Source: Camelus ferus (taxonomy: Eukaryota). Taken from it: 64,000 bases of DNA. The DNA lies in assembly GCF_009834535.1 (NCBI RefSeq), contig NC_045696.1:12836001-12900000 (forward strand), given 5' to 3'. Shown piece after piece: positions 37,406 to 48,300 of the stretch. Made by a program: the position numbers and the translations under genes. The notes under the pieces are model-generated. The model had not been told where the DNA came from, searched no databases, and saw nothing but the letters and a program-made list of their open reading frames with translations. Positions within the stretch are counted from its first letter, which is position 1. Each line of letters starts with the position of its first letter.

Positions 37406-38220
37406 TTATAAGGGAAGACTGATTATTTCACTATTATGGAAAATTTCTTTTTGGAGACCATAGGTTGCATTCGTCACATAGCAGTGGAGAGCTAACTTTA
37501 AAGTATTGATGAAAATGTCTTTTAAACCATTCTCTAAATGCTTCACACAAACATTAGCATTTCTTGTTTAAATGTATGAACCATTGAGTTACCACCACAG
37601 CACAGCCTGGGAATGGGTATTTTTAAAAGGCATGAACCCAGTAATGAGGCAAATTTGGGAAATGCCAGCCTGGCACATACTAAGTCTTCTCAAAATGCTT
37701 CTTGGATTGTATCAAGAAATTGAGATCACATTAATGTGACAACAATCTGTACCATGAGCTGCTGCGCATTTTGTAGACTATAATTTAGAATCAAATCAAG
37801 GGTCCATTAGTTGAAAAACTCCTCAAATTCCATTGAAAATAACTTTCCATGTAACAGTAAAAATCCATTTACTACTGAAAGGGGAAAACAAAAACTTACA
37901 CACATTGCTTCTCTACAGAGACATACTGCCAACTGTTAACTGTTAATATTTTGATGTGCATACGCTATTCTTTCTGGACTGAATTAGTATAATTCTATTG
38001 AATTCTTAAAATACCATGTAGTTATTTTGGGTTACACTTGTGGGAAGGGATTTCACTTGGGTTTCAGATTTGTTGCTCTCTTGGAAGTGTTTAGATAGAG
38101 AGCCAAGAAATGCATCATTGCTCCCATGGGAACAGAAGAACTGGTGAATGTTATTATTTAAAGCCTTGAATTTATATGATCAGGCTTGGACAGAGCACAA
38201 TTAGATATTCAGACGTATTC

Positions 38221-38830
38221 TTTTTGCTCTTTTCTTGTTGTCAGCTTGTCCTTTACAAATCTTTTCCTTTGTAGCTCTTCACCAACTGGGCATCACCACG
38301 CCACTGCTGATGTCATAGGATGCAGCTGACACTATGGGCAGTCCCAAGGATTGCTTTGAAGATGCTGGGGAATTCTCTGGATAAAGATCTATGCTGCGTC
38401 TGTCAGGTGCTTTTTGATAATATCACAAGAAGCAATATTTCCATTGTGTTTAGTGTGTAATTGCCTTTTTCTATTTCTGGGTGGTTTGCCAAGGGCTTGG
38501 ATGACCAGAGCAGAGCAGAAAGGAGCCCCTTCATTTGGGGTCTTTCCATTCAGAGTCAATTTCACTGGAATCCAGATGCTTCCAGTCACTAATTCTCTTG
38601 GCAATGTCACTACCAGCTTTTCTGAAGGCACACCTAGGGGCTGATTTGGGAGCCAGTGCAGAATCTGCATCTACTTTCCCATCCATACACACGAGATCCA
38701 CAATTTTGATTTCCTTGGGGTTGAACTTAGGCGTCATGATAAATATGGCTGGTGTTGGATGAACCTGGATGCTAGACCATGAAGAAGGTTGTACCTTTGT
38801 CTCCTTCAAGCCAAAAGTTGAAAGCCAGAC
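38221..38830 (-). pseudogene. RPL12P: Processed RPL12 (60S ribosomal protein L12/uL11) pseudogene, heavily decayed
   Basis: Intronless. ATG at 38737: MTPKFNPKEIKIVDLVCMDGKVDADSALAPK versus RPL12 [31 protein letters not shown]. Other frames give KAGSDIAKRISDWK and SALVIQALGKPPRNRKRQLHTKHNGNI. 5'UTR- and 3'UTR-like flanks, A-rich remnant, several frameshifts and deletions. Confidence 0.95.
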
Positions 38831-38889
38831 TAGTTGTTTCATTGCCAATAAAACAACTCAGCTTGGTCTTTCATACAGAGTGCATCCTG

Positions 38890-39135
38890 GTAGAGCAGAA
38901 ATAGCATGGACTAAAAATTAGAAAACTTGGATCTTATTTGGGTCATTATTCCATAATGATCATTTATCATTGAGGCCATTTCTTAAATTGTCTGAGTCTC
39001 AGTTTGCTCATCTGTTAAATAGGGATGACAATATTGACTGTAATTATTTCATAGGATTATTGGGAAGATGAAGATGAGATAGTGGATAAGACTCTTTGGA
39101 AAAATTTTAATGCAATATGTAAGATGATATTATTA
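38890..39135 (+). mobile_element. MIR SINE
   Basis: tctgagtctcagtttgctcatctgttaaatagggatgacaata. Confidence 0.75.
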
Positions 39136-39312
39136 ACCCTAAAATAACATCTAAACAGTAATAATAATTCCTGGAAAGATTTGCAGTTAGAAGTGCAACT
39201 AGGTTTATATATTAATGCTTTAATCGTCCAAATCTGTGTCCCTTATTGCTGTGGATAACATAACAAATTAGCCTTTTATTCATGAGCTCAGGGAGATCTG
39301 CCAAGTCCTTTT

Positions 39313-40412
39313 ACTTATTTATTTAACATTTTTGGAGCAGTTTAAGGTTTACAGAAAAAAATTGAGTGAAAAGCACAGAATTCCCATATACCCCTCCCCC
39401 CACACTTCTCCTCCCCTAATTTCCCCAAGTATTAACATTTTGTATTACTGTGGTACATTTGTTACAATTGATGAGTCAACACAGATACATTATTATTAAC
39501 TAAAGTCTACAGTTTGTATTATAACTCTTGGTGTTGTACATTTTATGGGTTTTGACTAATGTATAATGCCATATATCACCATTCTAGTGGCATACAGAAT
39601 AGCTTCATTTCCCTAAAAATCCCATGCTCCATTTATTTATCCCTCTCTTCCTCTCCATCGGTCTTTCCACCTCCTTGAACCCCTGAAAGCTATTGATTAT
39701 TTTTTTACTGTCTCCCTAATTGTTCCTTTTCCAGAATGTCATATAGCTAGAATCATGCAGTATGTAGACTTTTCAGATTGGCTTCTTTCACTTAATAATA
39801 TGCTGAGTTCCCTCCATGTCTTTTTGTGGCTTGACAGCTCATTTCATTTAGTCACTGAATAATATTTCATTGTCTGGAGGTGCCACAGTTTGTTTATCTG
39901 TTCACCTATGGAAGTTCATCTTGTTTGCCTCCAAGTCTTGGCAATTATGAATAAAGTTGCTATACACATCTGTGGGTAAGTTTTTCCATGGGCGTAAGTT
40001 TTCAGTTCCTTTGAGTAATTATCAAGGAGTATGATTGCTGGATCATATGTCAAGAATATGTTTAGTTTTGTAGGAAACTGCCAAACCATCTTCCAAAGTG
40101 GCCGCACCATTTTTCATCCTTACCAGGATTTGGTGTAGTCAGTGTTTTGGATTTTGGCCATTCTAATACTGGTATCTCACTGTTGTTTTAATTTGAATGT
40201 CCCTAATGACATACGGTGTTCAGCATCTTTTCATATGATTATTTGCCATCGGTACGTCTTCTTTTGTGAGATGTCTGTTCAGATCTTACCCAATTTTTCA
40301 ATTGGGCTGTTTTCCTATTGTTGTTTTAAACGCTCTTTTTAGGTATTGGATACCAGTCCTTTGTCTGGTACGTATTTTGCAAAGATTCTTCTCCCAGTCT
40401 GTGCATTCTCTT
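39313..40412 (-). mobile_element. Old L1 (L1MC-like) 3' fragment
   Basis: gagcagtttaaggtttacagaaaaaattgag 3' end; ORF2 remnant PLWKMVWQF ... YDPAIILL ... IATLFIIAKTWRQ. Confidence 0.9.
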
Positions 40413-40529
40413 AAAACTCGTTTATCTTTAATTATTTAACCTCAACATCACCATCCAGCTAGTTTAAAGTCATACTGAGCTTCAGTTTGATAGCTATGAA
40501 AAAGTTTGAACAGTTCGGACTCTCCCTTC

Positions 40530-41040
40530 CTATTCACCGCTGAGTCGTCTCGCGGTCGGTTGCATTCGTAGACGGCATCGAGTCATCAAGCCCAGCAGCA
40601 GCTCAACCTCAGACCTCACGTTCTTAAGCGGGATCATCGCTGCTATCATCTGAGTGTCGGCCCGAGGCCGGTCCCACTTGGCTGGGTCTCGGGTTGCTGA
40701 TTGGAGCGGCCGACATTTCTGCTGACTGGAGTCATGCTATCTTTGCCAGTTTGCTGGAATAGACACAGACACCGATTGGGTCAGGCTGAAGACATTCCTG
40801 TCTTGTGAAGCAAGTCTGTTTGTATTTTAGGTTTGCCAGGACTAATGAATTAAAACATTTGGACTCTCCACAACTTGCTGTTTATCAATGCCTCTGACAG
40901 GAGGAGGGTTTTCTTTTGCTCTGGCTTTTTCTAGAAGCATGACAACATCCTGGCTGTTGGGAGAGGCAAGGAAAGGAGAGAGGGGTAGTGGAGGGAAGTG
41001 GAACAGGGAGGCCCCGTGGGACGCCGGGGTCTGGGGGACA
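40530..41040 (+). promoter_or_regulatory. MAP3K7CL: Probable promoter of the short coding MAP3K7CL transcript
   Basis: Non-repeat CpG-enriched segment with inverted CCAAT boxes (ATTGG at 40700 and 40775), GATA core TTATCA at 40882 and a purine/G-rich tract directly upstream of the 5'UTR exon. Confidence 0.5.
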
Positions 41041-41044
41041 GCAG

Positions 41045-41213
41045 GTAGCAGCGAGCTGACCTCACAGCTGTCACTGCTCCTCAGACTGTCAGCGGCTGCT
41101 ATGCGGCAGGTGCAGCCTGCTCTCTTACTAGGTCTCTACTCCACAAAGGCAGCGACCGGCCAAGGCAGTGGCTGGCCCTGGATTACACAAGTGCAGACAC
41201 TCCACTAAGTGAG
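41045..41213 (+). other. MAP3K7CL: MAP3K7CL 5'UTR exon (5' boundary uncertain)
   Basis: Strong donor GAG|GTAAGG at 41214. The junction ...CTAAGTGAG|CTGGAAGACCCAG... resembles the recalled human mRNA leader. Confidence 0.75.
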
Positions 41214-42098
41214 GTAAGGCAACAGGTGTGAAAACCCAACTAAACGCTCAGAGCACCAGCAACTTAACCAAAGCTCTGCTACAGTCGAGAGGAGGAATCA
41301 GTGGCCCGTTTCCCCAGGCGGTGTGATGAAAAGGCAAGTGGGTTTAGGGGCTCTTGTGGCTGACACCGTGTGGAACTCAAAATCCACCCAACTTTGCCGC
41401 TGCTGTCCTTTGGGAGGCAGACAGATGTTCCCTGTTGTGTGGAGGGGAGGGGCTCTAATTAGCTGTGTTTGTCAATTCCACTTCCCGTTGCTGGAAACCC
41501 GACCAGAGATCTATTTACAAAATCCCAGAGGCCAGTTTCCACCTCTTGTGGTTTATTTCTTGGTGCAGGAAAGCACTGGGAGATTTAGCCAAAAGAGGAG
41601 TGAAGCTTTTCATCCTCAGATGTTATGATAAAATGGTTTGGTGATGGTACAGGGTGTAACAATAAGACTTTTTCTTTTGGTTACAACTTTAAGGGGATTT
41701 TTATTGTTTGTTTTGTTAAATTTGAGACAGTCTGTTCTATTCCCTAGGAACAGGTGGCTAACGAGATGGTTGATTCTAAGCAGACGAGACTACACAGCAA
41801 TGTATGTCAGAGCTAAGATAAAACCAATTTTGAGTCAAGTAACAGTGATTTTATATTACCCTTTTCTAGAGTCGAATGTTTCATGTTAATACTTTTTTTT
41901 TTCTAACTTAGAATGACATGACTTAAGTGCTTTATGGTTCATTGCTACTTGTAGTGTTAAATGAATGGGCCAAATTTGATTCTAACTGGGTGATAAACAG
42001 TTGCTGGTTTTTCTCCAAAGCTATACTAGGTGTTTAATATAAACTTATTCTCTTTTCAAATACTGGGTGACTCTAGATATACATATGTCTAAATATGC

Positions 42099-42101
<3 letters not shown>

Positions 42102-42136
<35 letters not shown>
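42102..42136. repeat. Interrupted (TG)n microsatellite
   Basis: Read directly from the sequence. Confidence 0.9.
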
Positions 42137-43304
42137 ATGCCTTTGCTTTGGTGCTATAAATGTAAAAACAAAATTCAGTGTTCTAGACACTATTTTTAGA
42201 TAGAGAAGTTATGGGAAAGAATCAGAAACCTTGCTGTGAGAAAATGTCCTGATAAAACAGTTCCCAGAATCTCGCTCAGGATGGTTAAAGGGACGATTTA
42301 TATTTTACCATTTTTAGAGACATTTTCCTTGAAATGTCTTAGAGTTTTTGGTTTACTGTCTCCATGAGAAGGAAAGTAGAGGGTTTAGGGGGAGCATGAC
42401 TAAAAATAGAAAAGTTAAATATATGTGTTTAAATGACAAAGATATCACGTATTTATAATAATATCTTTTCCTAGTCCCATTGAAAAAATTATCAAACATC
42501 TAGGCTAAAATATATTTGGGCTAAATTATCTTATTATAACAAAGAAATATTCATGTGTTTTTCCTCAACCAGCCCGTCTTCTCTGTAGTATGTCTTTCCA
42601 TTAATTCTATCGTAGTTTATTAATTAAATGGTGATTTACCATGTGGGGTAGAACAACAGTGAGATGCTTTTAGGATCTGTCTTTTTCTTTTGCTTATATC
42701 ATACACTGTTAAGATGTACAACCTTAGAAATGTTTGAAAGATTTACAGGTAATCAGATACATAAAGCACATACTATTTGCAACATAACTGTGGTATGTTT
42801 AAAAATGTTTTTTGATATTTTTGAAATAATTCCATGATACTCATTTGTTACCACTCCCAGATCAATAACTCAGGTCCATTTTAGGCTTTTGAGTGTGAAA
42901 AGCTGTCTGATGCTTTATTAAGACTTCTTTACCCCCCTCAATTAAAAATAAAACATTGTATAAGAACTCAAAGGGCCAGGGTTAAACTGGTCAGTGTGAA
43001 AAGATATTTAAAAAGCGAGGTGGGTGGAGATTTTGCTCCATCTTTTATATTTCATTCTAGATGTATTTCCAAAGCAAATGTTTTTCAAGCCAGAAGAAGA
43101 GTTTTAAGTGCAGCAGGTGTAGGGAAGGAAAGCTAGGAGCCAGGAATGTCTTTAAAATAAGAAAGCAGTGTGTCCTAACTTTCCCCTCTAATTTCCAAAA
43201 GCCTCTGAGTATTCGAGGGATGATGTTGGGTAAGGTGACAATGGCTGTCTCTCCTGTCCTTACAGCTGGAAGACCCAGAGGAAGGCCAAGGCTCAGGTGC
43301 CCAC

Positions 43305-43374
43305 ATGATCAGCACCGCCAGTGTACCTGCTGATCAGCCAGTGCGCATCGCCTTCAGCCTCGATCATGCATCAG
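43305..43374 (+). CDS. MAP3K7CL: MAP3K7 C-terminal-like protein, first coding exon (whole exon 43266-43374, phase-1 donor)
   Basis: Acceptor tctcctgtccttacAG, ATG at 43305, MISTASVPADQPVRIAFSLDHAS plus one G, donor CAG|GTATGC. Matches recalled human MISTARVPADKPVRIAFSLNDAS. This frame is not in the supplied ORF track. Confidence 0.93.
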
Positions 43375-44149
43375 GTATGCTCCACTCTGAGGGCTGGGGC
43401 TACCCCCGCCCCTTGCCTGCTGCCTCCTTGTCGTCCTCTTTTCTAGCTCCACAAAGGGCATTTAAAAATGCATGCCTGTCATGACCCCATGATGCGGAAC
43501 GTGATTTTTCATCGTGCATTGTTGGGTTGTGGCTTTCAGAAGCGCCTCTAGTGATGCTTCCGTCTCCAAACCTTTGGTTGTTTGAGCACGTTTCTTCTTC
43601 TTTTTTACCTTCTCCGTGTTTATTTTCTTTTATTATAAAATTCACCGAGCTGTCACAATTTCTAACAAGAGCAAACTACGGCATCATTAAAAAAGCTGCG
43701 CGAGGAAACGTTTAAGAGCTGGCAGAAGCTTAGGTAATATAAAAATATCCCTGTCCTGGGTCCGGCAGCATTTCCTGAAGCCTAAGTTCCAAATGCTGGT
43801 TTCTCACTGGTGCTGCACAGTTCTGCCTGAGTCAGCAGACTGCAGCCGGAGTGATGAACGGGACAGGTGAGGCGGGCCCCCTGGAAATAGTAAGGCCTGA
43901 GGTGAGCTGCCGTACTTAGGGCCCTTTGTCGTGGCTTCCTTCAGTGGCCTCTTAACACACAAGCTCAGTGGCCCACCTTTGATGGGGACCTCAGGTGATG
44001 TGAGGCCACAGTGGTGAGGAAGGGAAGGCTCGGATCTCTTCCACTGGTGTCAGCTTTAGCTCTCAGTCTAATGTCATCTGTTAAAAGTCACACATAATTG
44101 CACACTCGAACAATGTTACCATCGAAGCCTTGGGTCTTCTGAGGGTTGA

Positions 44150-44285
44150 TTCTTTCTTTCTTTCTCCCTTTCTCCTTCCCTCCATTACTTCCTTCCTTCT
44201 TTTTTCTTTCTTTCCTTCCTTCCTTCTTTTTTCCTTCCTTCCTTCCTCCCTCCCTCCTGCCCCTCTCCCTTTCTTCCTTCCTTTT
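44150..44285. repeat. Polypyrimidine (TTCC/TTTC/TCCC)n low-complexity tract
   Basis: About 135 nt, almost purely C/T. Confidence 0.9.
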
Positions 44286-44884
44286 ATGCTCTGGTAGGAA
44301 GGGGAGCTCTAAAAATTAATAGTTGAAAAGGGACAGGTTCCTCCCCTAAATAAGGCAAAGGAAGGATCCGGGCTCTGTGAAGTCTGACATTAGCCAGCCC
44401 ATTCAGTCTTTACTATACCAGCTGACTATGGTGGTGGCCCCTCTGCCGTGGGGTTCCTGGACTGTGCAGCCCCCAGTGGAGGACTTGTCCTGGAGTGGGA
44501 AGAGGGGAAGCCTTGACTTCTCATCATCTGTTCTTCCAACACTCTTCCCACGGCTACTGTTGTACTAGATTTCCACTCAGGTTTGCCTTGAAAGACAGTG
44601 GTGAAGGGAAATCCTCCCAATAGGCAAAGCAATCATCCCAACACAGACATAACTACCGTTAATTGTGTTTGTCTTTGCATTAGATCTTCATTTATATTAT
44701 TTCTAATCTTTAAGATAACCATGCAATTTAGGCATTAGTATTCCCAATTTGCAGAGACAGAGGTCAAGATCCAGAGAGCACACTGTTGTGAGTAACAGGG
44801 TTATGATTTAAACCCACGTCCCTAGACTTGACTGTCTGAACTCTCCATTACCCTCTGCTGCATCTCTAAGAAGAAAAAGAAAAC

Positions 44885-44990
44885 TGTGTGTGAAGGGAAA
44901 GAGAGTATGTAAGAACTCTCTGTACTTTCTGCTCTATGTATCTGTAAACCTAAAACTGCTCTAAGAAATAAAGTCTATAATTAAAAACAA
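44885..44990 (+). mobile_element. L1MC-like extreme 3' end
   Basis: gaactctctgtactttctgctc ... tgtaaacctaaaactgctctaagaaataaagtcta plus an A-rich tail. Confidence 0.75.
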
Positions 44991-46284
44991 AATGAAAAAC
45001 AAACCAAAAAGAAAAGCTCCATTTGTTCTCATGCATTTCATAAATGCAAGATGTTGAGGAATGATCAGTGCTTGAGTGGCTGGCACTCAAGACAGACACA
45101 TGTAAACCCAAAATCCAGGGAGAGAGATGACGTATAATTTTCTTCCTTGTGTTTGTGTCCCACGTGAGCAGAACAAGTCCTGTTACAATCAACAGCATTA
45201 CAAAGAAAATTTAGTATATAAATCTTATTTAGTCCAAACAATATTATTTATATCATAATTTTGGGTGAGATAAATAAATGTATTGTTTCCTCATCTTCAC
45301 TTTAACAGAATTTAATTTCGTGCAGAAAAGAGCCTTGGAGAGGTGTATCTTACTCTTTGGGTTGCATGAATAGACTCTTCCTTGAGGTACAAGATGTACC
45401 ACTTGTAACTAAGTTATCACCATCCCTTGATCCCTTTTGGCCCCTAACTGGGAACTCCTGCATGCTTTTCATCAGTCAATTTAGATTGATTTGTTCCAGT
45501 CTCTTTCAAATGTCCCAAGAATGCCCGCTTCTGAAATTCAGGTCTTTTGAGACGGTAGTAGCTTCAAATAAGGAATGACATGTATTTCAAGTAATTCCTG
45601 ACCTCTAGCTATACAAAAAAGGTGCTCAGGAAGCCTTATGAAGAAACTTCCAAATTTAAATTCTTTTTAATGATCAGTGTGTCTCCATAGTTCTAGAAAG
45701 AGCGCCCAACTGGAGAACCCAAGGCAGGAGCTGGGGTTCTGTTTTTCTCAATCTTTCTTAAAATGATAACCTGAGAGCACCTATCCAAAACATACGTTCC
45801 ATGCCCCTCCTCCACTGTAGCAGGCTCACAGCAAAGCCCAGCAGTCTGTCTTTCCCATGCACCTGAGGTTACGAGTGCGCAGAAAGATGCTTCGCAGATA
45901 TTTGGGGACACTCCCTCTGAATTCTTGAATAAGGAGTGTGTGGAGTGCCACAGCAAGCAACACTTGCCATCACACACATTGTGCACGCCTTTTGAATTCC
46001 AGTGCCTATGCCTACAGACCACACATTTAGGGGGAGAACAAAGGAAAACATCTTAGACTTTCATAATAAATGAGAAAGCTAAGATAGACTCTTTGGGAGT
46101 AATTCCATATTATTGACTTTATTGTTGAAGAGTAAGCAGAGTCCGTGAGAAAGGAGAATTCTTTGCTTGTGAATGTTGACTTTTCATTTCTCATGAGTCT
46201 AAGCAGTGCTTATTCCTCCAATTAGGTTAGGACCATTTTTTTTTTTGGGGGGGGATGCATATTTTTCTGAGATGATTTGGTGTC

Positions 46285-46510
46285 GAGGTTAAGGGCATAG
46301 GGCTTTGGAGTCAGTGAACAGCGGTTTCCAGACTCATTTCCATCACTGTTTTTTTGCTCTTGGGTAAGTCACTCAACATTGCTTAACTTCAGTTTCCTAT
46401 AAGATTTGTATAGTAATAATTCACAAAGTTGTTGTAAGAATTAAATAACACTGTATGGGTGAAGCATTAGCATAGCACTTGACAGAAAGTGGGGACTCAG
46501 CTAGCTGCTG
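46285..46510 (+). mobile_element. MIR SINE
   Basis: ggttaagggcatagggctttggagtcag ... ttgggtaagtcactcaac ... cttcagtttcc. Confidence 0.75.
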
Positions 46511-46539
46511 TGTTTATGGTGATTGATTCTGGATTACTA

Positions 46540-47326
46540 TTTTTTTTATTGAAGTATAGTTGATTTACAATGTTGTGTTAATTTCTGGTGCATAGCATAG
46601 TGATTCATTTATATATATGTATATGTATATATGTATATATATATATATACACACACATATATGTATTCCTTTTCATATTCTTTTTCATTATAGGCCATTA
46701 CAAGATATTGAGTATAGTTTCCTGTGCTATACAGTAGGACCTTGTTTATCTATTTTTTGTATAGTAGTGTAGTTAGTTTACAAATCCTGAACTCCCAATT
46801 TATCCCTTCCTGCCCGCTTTTCTCCCTGGTAACCTTAAATTTGTTTTCTGTGTCTGTGAGTCTGTTTCTGTTTTGTAAATTTGTGCCCTTTTTAAAGAAA
46901 AGATTCCACATATAAATGATATCATACAATATTTTTATTTCTCTCTCTGGATTACTTCACTTAGTATGACACTCTCCAGGCGCATCCATGTTGCTGCAAA
47001 TGGCATTATTTTATTCTTTTTCATGGCAGAGTACTATTCCACTGTGTAAATTATACCACAACTTCTTTATCCTGTTAACTGTCGAAGGACCTTTAGGTTG
47101 TTTCCATGTCTCAGCTATTGTAAAGAGTGCTGCTGTGAACATTGGGGTGCACGTATCTTTTTGAATTAGAGTTTGCTATGGGTATATGCCCAGGAGTGGG
47201 ATTGCTTGATCATACAGTAAGTCTATTTTCAGTTTTTTAAGGACTCTCCATACTGTTTTCCATAATGGCTGAACTAAACTACATTCTCACCAACAGTGTA
47301 GGAGGTGCCCTTTTCTCCACACCCTC
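46540..47326 (-). mobile_element. 5'-truncated young L1 with TSD
   Basis: TSD TGATTCTGGATTACTA (46524-46539) / TGATTCTGGAGTATTA (47327-47342), ORF2-end and 3'UTR motifs, internal (TA)/(CA) repeat. Confidence 0.95.
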
Positions 47327-47989
47327 TGATTCTGGAGTATTAAGGAAAGTAAAACCCCCTGAGCAGCTCTGTGTTTCACCAACATCTGACACTTCTACTT
47401 CCTGTCAAGATGGGGCAGGTGTAACTGTAGTTCTGCTATAACTAAACGGCACTTGTTTAGGGACTAGTTGTCCAGTTGGTGCATGGTGAGTGTCCCTGCT
47501 TCTGCTCTTATCCGTTAGCTGAGGTTTACTTAGTGTCTACATCTCTACACTTGGCCACAGGCTGGTGGGATGAGCAGAAGGGAAGCGCATCTTGATCATG
47601 ATCTCTCCAATGGGTTTTATAAGTCAAAGACATTTGGGGGCATAATTGGTGTCACCCAGAGGGGAGGGGAACAGTTTCTTGGAAGATGTGACACTCATCC
47701 TGGGCTTGAGAGCAGGTAAGGCATAGAAAAGATGTGTAGGAAAGGTACCATTTCTGGATACCAGGTATAAAAGAAAAGGAAGCTATACATCTTTTAACAA
47801 TTCTTCTTCCTTTTCCCTTCGAACAGAAAGTATGAGCTAGACCCAAGAGTCAGAGTGCGATTTGTTCAGGAAATACTAAAACTCTCTTCAACTGGAACAG
47901 AGGTCTGATCTGTGGAAGAATAACATGCTGTTTCCTGAGCCCTTCTTTGAGCTGGGCGTTGTGCTGGAGTCGTATGTAGACTGTCTCTT

Positions 47990-48300
47990 CAGATAGCAGT
48001 AGATTAGAGTTGCCAAGCCAATCTTAAATGTTCGATGAAAGAGTTTGGATTTGATCAGAAGCAACAGAGGGTCAAAAGTTCTTGAACAAAGAAGTAATAT
48101 GAAAATGGTAAGCGTTCAGTTGGTGCAAGAGTCTGGAATGTGGAGAGATGAGAGAATGGAAGAGCCTTTTTATCACGGTGCACAGGGAAGGTGATTTGAG
48201 CATGGATTTGAGAATGGAATGGGATGACTGAATTCAGAGTACATTTTGAAGGAAGGGTTGAAAGGACTTGGTGACAGACAACCCTTGGAGATGGGAGTTG
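47990..48300 (-). mobile_element. LINE L2 fragment
   Basis: aaagagtttggatttgatc ... ttttgaaggaagggttgaaaggacttggtgacagac. Confidence 0.5.

Noticed and set aside
42876..42885. CArG (SRF) boxes CCATTTTAGG here and CCATTTATGG at 28958
   Set aside because: Several perfect CArG matches are expected by chance in 64 kb of AT-rich DNA; no supporting context.
400..47908. Joining exon 400-478 to the 47827 acceptor gives an open peptide (TLLTLFPAAPLRCKLNHIRKPDEEGGKYELDPRVRVRFVQEILKLSSTGTEV*)
   Set aside because: It matches no protein I recognise, skips the real coding exon, and phase compatibility has a one-in-three chance.
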